Source: Kiloniellaceae bacterium
GTDB lineage: Bacteria; Pseudomonadota; Alphaproteobacteria; Kiloniellales; J153
Assembly (NCBI GenBank): GCA_021776115.1
Contig: JAJFGN010000042.1
Coordinates: 15,000-78,999, forward strand
Direction: 5' to 3'
Length of the DNA: 64,000 bases
The first letter of the stretch is position 1. Each line of letters begins with the position of its first letter. The notes below the pieces were generated by a model. It ran no database searches. It had not been told where the DNA came from and worked only from the letters and a program-made list of their open reading frames with translations. The translations under genes and the position numbers were made by a program. Positions 56,140 to 64,000 of the stretch are shown one piece after another.

Positions 56140-56286
56140 ACGCCAGTCCGCGCGTTTCTTCCCCAAGGGGCCGGTTTCCAACAAATCGATGCCAGTTGAC
56201 GTGCGTGCCCCCGGACCAGGGTTGCGGGGCTTGAGTGCGCCTCGATCGTCGGTAATCATGCCGGCGCATTGGGGAGGATCGAAGTT

Positions 56287-58722
56287 ATGGCGGACCCATC
56301 GGCGGCGGGACAAGATCGCGATCGGGCGACAGATCCGGCGCGCTTGGCTTGCTTGCGGGCGCTGGAGCGAAAGATCCTTTGGCTCTCCTCCTGGATCATC
56401 CATAACGCCAACCATATCCGGCCCAGTCGTGACGGTTTGAAAGTCGGCGGCCACCAGGCCTCCAGCGCCTCCCTAGCGACCCTGATGACCGCGCTTTATA
56501 TGGACGTGCTGCGGCCGCAGGACCGGGTCGCCGTTAAGCCGCATGCCAGTCCGGTGTTTCACGCCATTCAGTATCTGTTGGGTCAGCAAACGCGCGAAAA
56601 TTTGGAACGGTTCCGGGCCCTCGGCGGAGCCCAATCCTATCCCTCGCGGACCAAGGACGTGGACGACGTCGATTTCTCGACCGGCTCGGTCGGGATGGGC
56701 GTCGCGATGACCAGCTTCGCGAGCCTGGCACAGGACTATGTGCATCTGAAAGGTTGGGCGCCAGAGGGCCTGCCGGAAGGCCGCATGGTCGCTCTGGTCG
56801 GCGATGCCGAATTGGACGAGGGCAACGTCTACGAAGCCCTGTTCGAGGGCTGGAAGCACGACATTCAAAACGTCTGGTGGGTGATTGACTACAACCGGCA
56901 AAGTCTGGACGCCGTGGTCACGGACCGGCTGTTCGGCCGCATTGACGAGATGTTCTCGAACCTGGGTTGGCAGGTCGTGACCTTGAAGTATGGCGAACGC
57001 CTGCGCGCCGCCTTCGAACAGCCCGGCGGCGGGGCCTTGCGGCATTGGATCGACGATTGCCCGAACTCGCTCTACTCGGCCCTGGTGTTCCAGGGCGCGC
57101 CGGCCTGGCGCCGCCAGCTACGGGCCGATATCGGCGATGCGGCCGGTGTTCGCGCGCTTCTGGACGACCTCGACGATAAGTCCCTGGCCGGGCTGATGAC
57201 CAATCTGGCTGGACACGACATGGTCTCGGTCCTGGACGCTTTTCACGCCGTGCAAGACACCCGGCCGACCTGCTTCATCGCCTATACCATCAAGGGCTTG
57301 GGCCTGCCGTTCGCGGGACACAAGGACAACCACGCCGGTTTGATGAATCCGGCGCAGATGGATGAATTCAAACGTCTCAACGCCATTCCCGAGGGTGCGG
57401 AATGGGATCGTTTCGCGGGCTTGGATTTGCCGGCGGAGACCGTTCAAACCTTTCTTGACGAGGTGCCTTTCGCGGCCCGGCCACGCCGGCGCACCGGGGT
57501 GCCAGCGATCGCGGTACCGCCCGGCTTTCCGCGCCCTAAGGCTGAGATCATGTCGACCCAGGAAGGCTTTGGCCGGATCATGGCTGAGCTGGCGCGCGAC
57601 GGCGGCGCCTTGGCTGAGCGCATCGTGACGACCTCGCCGGACGTCACGGTCTCGACCAACCTGGGCGGATGGGTCAATCGCCGCGGCATCTTCGACCGGC
57701 ACCAACGAGAGGATGTCTTTAAGGAGCAAAAGGTCGTCTCCGCGCAGCGCTGGGGCATGTCGCCGGGCGGTCAGCACATCGAGCTCGGTATCGCCGAGAA
57801 CAACTTGTTCCTGCTGCTCGGCGCGTTGGGCCTCTCGCACTCCCTGTTCGGGACCCGGCTGCTGCCGGTCGGGACGCTGTACGACCCCTTCATTCAGCGC
57901 GGCTTGGATGCGCTCAATTACGCCTGCTATCAGGATGCCCGCTTCATGGTCGTCGCGACGCCGTCGGGTATAACCCTGGGTCCGGAGGGCGGGGCGCATC
58001 AGTCGATCTCGTCGCCGCTGATCGGCATGGCGCAGGATGGCCTGGCCAGCTTCGAACCGGCGTTCGCCGATGAGCTGGCGGCGATCATGGCCTGGGCCTT
58101 CGACTATATGCAGCGCGGCGGCGAGGAGGGGCGCGGCCCGACGCCCGGCCCGGCGAATTGGTTGCGCGATGCCGGCGGCGGTTCAGTCTATTTGCGGCTT
58201 TCCACGCGCCCCATTCCGCAAGTGGCACGCGCCATGCCGGCGGTCCTGGAAAATGCCGTCATCGCGGGCGGGTATTGGCTGCGCGAACCTGCGCGCGGGG
58301 CCGACTTGGCGATTGCCTATACAGGAGCGATCGCGCCAGAGGCCCTGGCGGCGCACGCGGCCATTGCCGAGGAGATTCCCGGCGCCGGGCTCTTGGCCGT
58401 GACCTCGGCCGATCGCTTGAACGCCGGCTGGCACGCGGCCGGGCGGGCCCGGCAGGCCGGCGATTCTAAGGCCCAAAGTCATGTCGAGCACCTGCTCGCG
58501 CCGCTCGATCCCGATGCCGGGCTGGTCACCGTGCTGGACGGCCATCCCACCGGCCTGTCGTGGCTGGGGGGTGTGTGCGGTCACACGGTTCAGGCCTTGG
58601 GTGTGGAGCATTTCGGGCAATCCGGCGATCTACCCGATCTCTATCGCAAGTATGGAATCGATAGTGAGGCGATCCTGGATGCTTGCGCCGCGGCCTGCTT
58701 GGCGCGAGTCCGGCGCCGCTAG
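56287..58722 (+). CDS. Thiamine-diphosphate enzyme of the homodimeric 2-oxoacid dehydrogenase E1 (AceE) / transketolase-like family
   Basis: Start ATG 56287 after GGGAGGA. GGHQASSASLATLMTALYMD and GDAELDEGNVYEA (TPP-binding GDG-like motif region). Large C-terminal transketolase-like domains. No E2/E3 genes are adjacent. Confidence 0.8.
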   Translation: MADPSAAGQDRDRATDPARLACLRALERKILWLSSWIIHNANHIRPSRDGLKVGGHQASSASLATLMTALYMDVLRPQDRVAVKPHASPVFHAIQYLLGQQTRENLERFRALGGAQSYPSRTKDVDDVDFSTGSVGMGVAMTSFASLAQDYVHLKGWAPEGLPEGRMVALVGDAELDEGNVYEALFEGWKHDIQNVWWVIDYNRQSLDAVVTDRLFGRIDEMFSNLGWQVVTLKYGERLRAAFEQPGGGALRHWIDDCPNSLYSALVFQGAPAWRRQLRADIGDAAGVRALLDDLDDKSLAGLMTNLAGHDMVSVLDAFHAVQDTRPTCFIAYTIKGLGLPFAGHKDNHAGLMNPAQMDEFKRLNAIPEGAEWDRFAGLDLPAETVQTFLDEVPFAARPRRRTGVPAIAVPPGFPRPKAEIMSTQEGFGRIMAELARDGGALAERIVTTSPDVTVSTNLGGWVNRRGIFDRHQREDVFKEQKVVSAQRWGMSPGGQHIELGIAENNLFLLLGALGLSHSLFGTRLLPVGTLYDPFIQRGLDALNYACYQDARFMVVATPSGITLGPEGGAHQSISSPLIGMAQDGLASFEPAFADELAAIMAWAFDYMQRGGEEGRGPTPGPANWLRDAGGGSVYLRLSTRPIPQVARAMPAVLENAVIAGGYWLREPARGADLAIAYTGAIAPEALAAHAAIAEEIPGAGLLAVTSADRLNAGWHAAGRARQAGDSKAQSHVEHLLAPLDPDAGLVTVLDGHPTGLSWLGGVCGHTVQALGVEHFGQSGDLPDLYRKYGIDSEAILDACAAACLARVRRR

Positions 58723-58792
58723 CGGAGGCGCATTGGCCGCCCGCTGTTGCACCGGGGGGCGCTATGGTATAAACGGGCGCGCCGCCATAGCT

Positions 58793-58877
58793 GCGGGCGT
58801 GGCGGAATTGGTAGACGCGCTGGCTTTAGGTGCCAGTGGAGCGATCCGTGGGGGTTCGAGTCCCTCCGCCCGCACCA
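58793..58877 (+). tRNA. tRNA-Leu (anticodon TAG), long variable arm, encoded CCA
   Basis: Manual fold: acceptor gcgggcg/cgcccgc, anticodon arm ctggc-ttTAGgt-gccag, long variable arm, T arm ggggg(ttcgagt)ccctc, A73, CCA. Confidence 0.93.
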
Positions 58878-58982
58878 AAAACAAGGGCGCATCTGCCGGC
58901 CGGGGCAGCCCGTTGAATCGATACGGGACGGCTTCCGGATCGAAGCAATCGAAGCGCACGAGACAGAAAGGCCAAGCTGGTC

Positions 58983-60422
58983 ATGCAGGTTACCGAGACA
59001 AACACCGAAGGGCTAAGGCGCGAGTACAAGGTCCTCATCAGTGCCAACGACATTGAAGAGAAGGTAACCGGAAAGCTGGAAGAGCTGGGCGCCAAAATCA
59101 AGGTGCCGGGCTTTCGTCCCGGCAAGGTGCCGATGCAGGTGCTCAAACAGCGCTTCGCCAAGTCGGTCATGGGCGAGGTTCTGGAACGCGCGGTCAACGA
59201 CAGTTCCAGCCAAGCCCTTAGCGAGCGCGGCTTGCGCCCGGCGGTCCAGCCCAAGATCGAGATCACGTCCTTCGACGAGGGCAAGGATCTCGAATACACC
59301 ATGGCGCTGGAGGTTCTGCCCGAGATTGTGCCGATGGATTTCGCAAAGGTCGAGCTGGAACGCTTGGCGATCGAGGTCGAGGACAGCGCCATCGCGGAAA
59401 CCTTGGCGGACCTGGCCAAGGCCCACAAAAAGACCAAGCCCCTCGATAAGCCGCGCAAGGCCAAGTCGGGCGATGTCCTGGTGCTCAACTTCAAGGGTAC
59501 GGTAGACGGCGAGGCCTTTCCCGGCATGGAGGCCGAGGACCACCATCTTGAGCTCGGTTCGAACTCCTTCATCGCCGGGTTCGAAGAGCAGCTGATTGGC
59601 GTCGGCGCCGGCGACAGCCGTGAGGTCAAGGTGACCTTTCCCGAGGAGTACGCGAACGACAAGCTCTCCGGACGCGAGGCCATCTTCGCCGTGACGATCA
59701 AGGACGTGCTGGAATCGGTCCCGGCCGAGATCAACGACGAATTCGCCGCCACACTAGGCGAAAAAGACTTGGACAGCGTGAAGCAGCGGGTGCGTGAGCG
59801 CCTGGCGTCGGAATACAAAGATTTCGGTCGCAATCGTATGAAGCGCGAGCTCTTGGACCAATTGGCGGAGGGGCATGAATTCCCGGTGCCCGGAGGCATG
59901 GTAGACAGCGAGTTCGATGCGATCTGGAAGCAGATCGAGGAGGATCGTAAGGCCGGCAAGCTGGACGCCGACGACGCCGCCAAGAGCGAAGACGAGCTGA
60001 AGTCCGAATACCGGGAAATTGCCGAACGCCGCGTGCGTCTTGGCCTGCTCATCTCGGAAGTGGGGCAGCGCAACGCTATCGAGGTTACCCAGGAAGAGCT
60101 GAACCGGGCCTTGTTGCAGGAAGCGCAGCGGCATCCGGGGCATGAGCGCGAAGTGTTCGAATTCTATCAGCGCACGCCCGAGGCCATGGCTAACCTGCGC
60201 GCCCCGATCTTCGAGGACAAGGTTGTCGACTTCATCGTCGATCTGGCAAAAGTGTCGGAGCGAAAAGTGACGCCAGAGGAACTGCGCAAGGAAATGGAAG
60301 CGGAAGCTGCTGGCGAGGGTGCCGGGTCGGGCAAGAAAGCTAAGGCTAAAGCAGGCGCCAAGAAAGCGGCCGGCAAGGCGAAGAAAGCCGCCAAGCCGAA
60401 GAAGGGGGCGACGGATTCTTGA
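58983..60422 (+). CDS. tig: Trigger factor
   Basis: MQVTETNTEGLRREYKVLISANDIEEKV..., GFRPGKVP ribosome-binding signature, and an FKBP-like middle domain. Confidence 0.95.
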   Translation: MQVTETNTEGLRREYKVLISANDIEEKVTGKLEELGAKIKVPGFRPGKVPMQVLKQRFAKSVMGEVLERAVNDSSSQALSERGLRPAVQPKIEITSFDEGKDLEYTMALEVLPEIVPMDFAKVELERLAIEVEDSAIAETLADLAKAHKKTKPLDKPRKAKSGDVLVLNFKGTVDGEAFPGMEAEDHHLELGSNSFIAGFEEQLIGVGAGDSREVKVTFPEEYANDKLSGREAIFAVTIKDVLESVPAEINDEFAATLGEKDLDSVKQRVRERLASEYKDFGRNRMKRELLDQLAEGHEFPVPGGMVDSEFDAIWKQIEEDRKAGKLDADDAAKSEDELKSEYREIAERRVRLGLLISEVGQRNAIEVTQEELNRALLQEAQRHPGHEREVFEFYQRTPEAMANLRAPIFEDKVVDFIVDLAKVSERKVTPEELRKEMEAEAAGEGAGSGKKAKAKAGAKKAAGKAKKAAKPKKGATDS

Positions 60423-60507
60423 TCCGGGGCTTGATCGGCCGGGCTGCTAACCCGACTTTAGGATTTGTGGCTCACGCTCCAACAGATTCAGGAAAAATGG
60501 ATATCTC

Positions 60508-61143
60508 ATGAGTGACGCAAGAGATTTGGCGATGAACGCATTGGTGCCGATGGTGGTCGAGCAGACCAACCGCGGTGAGCGGGCCTATGACATCTATTCG
60601 CGTCTGCTCAAGGAGCGGATCATCTTCCTGACCGGACCGATCAATGACCCGGTCTCCAGCTTGATTTGCGCTCAGTTGCTTTATCTGGAATCCGAGAATC
60701 CGAAAAAGGATATCTCGTTCTACATCAACTCGCCCGGGGGCGTCGTGACCTCCGGTTTGGCGATGTACGACACGATGCAGTACATCCGCCCCGAGGTCTC
60801 GACCGTTTGCGTCGGGCAGGCCGCATCGGCCGGCTCGCTGCTGCTGATGGCCGGCGCCAAGGGCAAGCGCTTTGCCCTGCCGAACGCCAAGATCATGGTG
60901 CATCAACCCTCCGGCGGCTTCGAGGGCCAGGCCACGGATATCGAGATCCACGCCCGGGAAATTATCAAGACACGAAGCCGTCTAAACGAGCTTTATGCCC
61001 AGCACACCGGCCAAACCGTCGCAATCATCGAGGACGCCATGGAGCGGGACCGTTTCATGACCGCGGACGAAGCGAAGGAATTCGGCCTGATCGATACCAT
61101 CGTGGTCAATCGCCCGGTCTCCGACGACGACAAGCGCGATTAG
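60508..61143 (+). CDS. clpP: ATP-dependent Clp protease proteolytic subunit
   Basis: [33 protein letters not shown] (active-site Ser), MVHQPSGG (His). Confidence 0.97.
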   Translation: MSDARDLAMNALVPMVVEQTNRGERAYDIYSRLLKERIIFLTGPINDPVSSLICAQLLYLESENPKKDISFYINSPGGVVTSGLAMYDTMQYIRPEVSTVCVGQAASAGSLLLMAGAKGKRFALPNAKIMVHQPSGGFEGQATDIEIHAREIIKTRSRLNELYAQHTGQTVAIIEDAMERDRFMTADEAKEFGLIDTIVVNRPVSDDDKRD

Positions 61144-61557
61144 CAAGCTAACCGGCCCCGGAAAGGGCCCGGGGGGCATAAGGCTGTTTCGCCCCGCCGG
61201 TCCCCAATTTCACGCCCAATCCCGGTCCGGCGTGGCGGGCCCTGGGCGATTTCCGGCCCAGAGGCGGCGGCGGCAAATAAAATCCGCGCTATCGTCCTTG
61301 GCCGATTGACACTTTCCGAATCGTTAACCAAATCGTAAGGAAACTCACCGGATAAGGTTAAACCTGTCCGAAAGTACTGGCGTTAAGGGAAATTTGAAGC
61401 GCATTCCCTACACTTTTTCCAGGAGCTTACGGGCCCGGTTGATAATGCCCGCGGATTGCCGGAAAGGCGCTGGAAGCCGCGGATTTTAACATTGTATGCA
61501 TGTGGCGCGTGCGTCTAACATGGCTTTGTCGAGCTTGGGGTTTGAGACATAAAGAAC

Positions 61558-62820
61558 ATGAGCAAATCTAGCGGCAGCGACTCAAAAAACACTCTGTACT
61601 GCTCGTTTTGCGGAAAGAGCCAGCACGAGGTCCGCAAGCTTATCGCGGGTCCGACGGTCTTTATCTGCGATGAGTGTGTCGAGCTCTGCATGGATATTAT
61701 CAGGGAGGAGCATAGAACCACCCTGGTGAAGTCCAGTGACGGCGTGCCGACCCCGCACGATATTTGCTCGGTTCTGGACGACTACGTAATCGGCCAGAGC
61801 AAGGCCAAGCGGGTTCTCTCCGTTGCCGTCCACAACCACTACAAGCGCCTGGCGCACAGCGCCAAGTCGTCGGATGTGGAACTGGCAAAATCGAATATTC
61901 TGCTGGTCGGCCCCACCGGGTGCGGCAAGACGCTTCTGGCCCAGACCCTGGCGCGGATCCTGGACGTTCCCTTCACCATGGCGGACGCCACGACCCTGAC
62001 CGAAGCGGGATATGTCGGCGAGGATGTCGAGAATATCATCCTGAAGTTGTTGCAGTCGGCCGACTACAACGTCGAGCGCGCGCAACGAGGCATCGTCTAT
62101 ATCGACGAGGTCGACAAGATCAGCCGGAAATCGGACAACCCCTCGATTACCCGGGACGTCTCGGGCGAGGGTGTGCAGCAGGCTCTTCTGAAGATCATGG
62201 AGGGCACGGTGGCCTCCGTGCCCCCGCAGGGTGGACGCAAGCACCCGCAGCAGGAGTTCCTGCAGGTCGACACGACCAACATCTTGTTTATTTGCGGCGG
62301 CGCTTTCGCCGGACTTGAGAAGATCATTTCCCTGCGCGGTGTGGGCACCTCAATCGGGTTTGGGGCCGACGTCCGCAGCCCGGACGAACGCAGCGCGGGC
62401 CAGGTCTTGAAGGACGTGGAGCCGGAAGACCTGCTAAAATTCGGCTTGATCCCGGAATTCGTTGGCCGCTTGCCGGTCGTCGCCACGCTCGAGGACCTCG
62501 ATGAGGCGGCGCTGATCGAAATCCTCACCCGTCCCAAGAACGCCCTGGTCAAGCAATACCAGCGCCTGTTTGAGATGGAGGACGTCAGCCTCGATTTCAG
62601 CGAGGAGGCCCTCAAGGCGATTTCCGAGAAGGCGATTAAGCGTAAGACCGGCGCCCGCGGCTTGCGCTCGATCATGGAGGCGATCCTCCTGGAACCGATG
62701 TACGAATTGCCCGGCCTGGATGGTGTTGAGGAGATCGTCATCAACCGGGAGGTGGTCGAGGGGCGGGCCCAACCGCTCCAAATCTACACGGATCGCCGCG
62801 AAGACGTGTCGAGCGCTTAG
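61558..62820 (+). CDS. clpX: ATP-dependent Clp protease ATP-binding subunit ClpX
   Basis: Zinc-binding N-terminus [27 protein letters not shown], Walker A GPTGCGKT, Walker [10 protein letters not shown]. Confidence 0.97.
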   Translation: MSKSSGSDSKNTLYCSFCGKSQHEVRKLIAGPTVFICDECVELCMDIIREEHRTTLVKSSDGVPTPHDICSVLDDYVIGQSKAKRVLSVAVHNHYKRLAHSAKSSDVELAKSNILLVGPTGCGKTLLAQTLARILDVPFTMADATTLTEAGYVGEDVENIILKLLQSADYNVERAQRGIVYIDEVDKISRKSDNPSITRDVSGEGVQQALLKIMEGTVASVPPQGGRKHPQQEFLQVDTTNILFICGGAFAGLEKIISLRGVGTSIGFGADVRSPDERSAGQVLKDVEPEDLLKFGLIPEFVGRLPVVATLEDLDEAALIEILTRPKNALVKQYQRLFEMEDVSLDFSEEALKAISEKAIKRKTGARGLRSIMEAILLEPMYELPGLDGVEEIVINREVVEGRAQPLQIYTDRREDVSSA

Positions 62821-63005
62821 GCCCCTCGGGGCGAGAGTGGCGTTAAATTCCAGTTCGCTGGGGCACAGGGTGGCTTCTCCCGATGCCCTGGCCTTGAAGT
62901 GGCCCGATTCCGACCCGATTTCTAAGGCACCAGGGGCCAATCCGGTGCGGTGCCAGCCTATCGATCCCTGGCGCAGGCCCGCGTCACGATAACTGAAGAG
63001 GTCAT

Positions 63006-64000
63006 ATGCTCGAAATTCCAGGCGGTAATTTGTTTCCGGTCCTTCCCCTACGCGACATCGTGGTCTTTCCCCATATGATCGTGCCGCTCTTCGTCGGGCG
63101 CGAGAAGTCGGTGCGCGCGCTCGAAGATGTCATGAAGGACGACAAACAGATTCTTCTGGTCACGCAAAAGAGCGCGGCGCAGGACGATCCCAAGCCTGCC
63201 GATATCTATACCGTCGGCACCATAGGCACGGTGCTACAACTGCTTAAGTTGCCGGATGGCACGGTCAAGGTTCTGGTCGAGGGCCAACAGCGCGCGCGCA
63301 TCAACCGCTATACCGAGGCTGAGGAGTTTTTCCAGGCCTATGCCTCTATCGTCGAGGACACCCAGGGTGACGACCGCGAACTGGATGCCTTGGCGCGAAC
63401 CGTGATCAATCAGTTCGAGCAATATATCAAGCTGAACAAAAAGATTCCGCCGGAGGTGCTGGTCTCGATCAACCAGATCGAAGAACCCAGCAAGCTGGCC
63501 GATACGATCGCCTCGCATCTGACTCTCAAGATTGCGGAGAAGCAGGAGCTGCTTGAGGCCGAAACCATCAACGCACGCCTGGAAAAAGTGTTCGGCTTCA
63601 TGGAGGCCGAGATCGGTGTCTTGCAGGTTGAAAAGCGAATCCGCAACCGCGTTAAGCGGCAGATGGAAAAGACTCAGCGCGAGTACTATCTCAACGAACA
63701 GCTCAAGGCGATTCAGAAGGAACTGGGCGAGGGCGAGGAGGGCCGCGACGAGCTGGCCGAGCTCGATGAGCGGATCCTTAAGACGCGGCTGACCAAGGAG
63801 GCGCGCGACAAGGCCCAGGCCGAGGCGAAGAAGCTTCGTTCCATGAGCCCGATGTCAGCCGAAGCTACGGTCGTGCGCAACTATTTGGATTGGCTGCTCG
63901 GTATTCCTTGGAAAAAGCGCAGCAAGGTCAAGAAGGACATCAATCTAGCTGAGGATATCCTCAACGCCGATCACTATGGGCTTGAGAAGGTCAAGGAGCG
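63006..64000 (+). CDS. lon: Lon protease, N-terminal part (runs off the right edge)
   Basis: Own translation from ATG 63006: MLEIPGGNLFPVLPLRDIVVFPHMIVPLFVGREKSVRALEDVM...YYLNEQLKAIQKELGE... This is the classic Lon N-domain. It is absent from the ORF track because no stop codon falls within the window. Confidence 0.95.
   Translation, partial: MLEIPGGNLFPVLPLRDIVVFPHMIVPLFVGREKSVRALEDVMKDDKQILLVTQKSAAQDDPKPADIYTVGTIGTVLQLLKLPDGTVKVLVEGQQRARINRYTEAEEFFQAYASIVEDTQGDDRELDALARTVINQFEQYIKLNKKIPPEVLVSINQIEEPSKLADTIASHLTLKIAEKQELLEAETINARLEKVFGFMEAEIGVLQVEKRIRNRVKRQMEKTQREYYLNEQLKAIQKELGEGEEGRDELAELDERILKTRLTKEARDKAQAEAKKLRSMSPMSAEATVVRNYLDWLLGIPWKKRSKVKKDINLAEDILNADHYGLEKVKE

Noticed and set aside
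61144-61557. 413-bp clpP-clpX spacer, scanned for an sRNA or heat-shock promoter. A weak hairpin gggaa..ttccc lies near 61389-61410.
   Set aside because: The stem is only 5-6 bp with a 12-nt loop and a poor T-tract. I could align no convincing promoter consensus.

Overview
This is a high-GC chromosomal window of about 60 protein genes, two tRNAs and no rRNA, CRISPR array or intact mobile element. The layout looks alphaproteobacterial, which is an inference from gene order: Rrf2-sufB-sufC, glnB-glnA, tRNA-Leu-tig-clpP-clpX-lon, and parE. Other core functions are a livHMGF-type ABC transporter with an unlinked binding protein, a DEAD-box helicase, Nnr, and several aminotransferases.

Between the core genes sits an unusually dense set of secreted redox and metal-related genes. 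I count 29 CXXCH haem-c motifs in 7 proteins.
1. A co-oriented cluster (32257-36987) encodes a CbcL-type nine-haem-c/cytochrome-b fusion, a lipoprotein with four class-I cytochrome c domains, and an octahaem cytochrome. A perfect FNR/FixK-type box (TTGAC-N4-GTCAA) lies upstream.
2. A 1024-aa secreted protein (25017-28091) combines a tetrahaem N-terminus, six 110-aa Ig-like repeats and a poly-Asp/Glu tail.
3. A LysR gene is followed by two cytochrome-P460-family paralogues. The second carries a 149-residue CNPC tandem-repeat domain with 34 cysteines.
4. A SorAB-like sulfite dehydrogenase has a dihaem subunit.

Other accessory or odd features:
- a 213-bp direct repeat that duplicates the 5' end of an FAD oxidoreductase around a decayed beta-propeller gene;
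- an AT-rich island encoding a Ser/Gly/Asn-repeat protein with two hydrophobic segments;
- several MITE/REP-like nested palindromes, one of them inside the suf operon;
- a promoter-plus-terminator unit that looks like a small RNA;
- a tandem pair of duplicated receiver proteins.

All functional calls come from reading the ORF translations and DNA by eye. No searches or computations were run.
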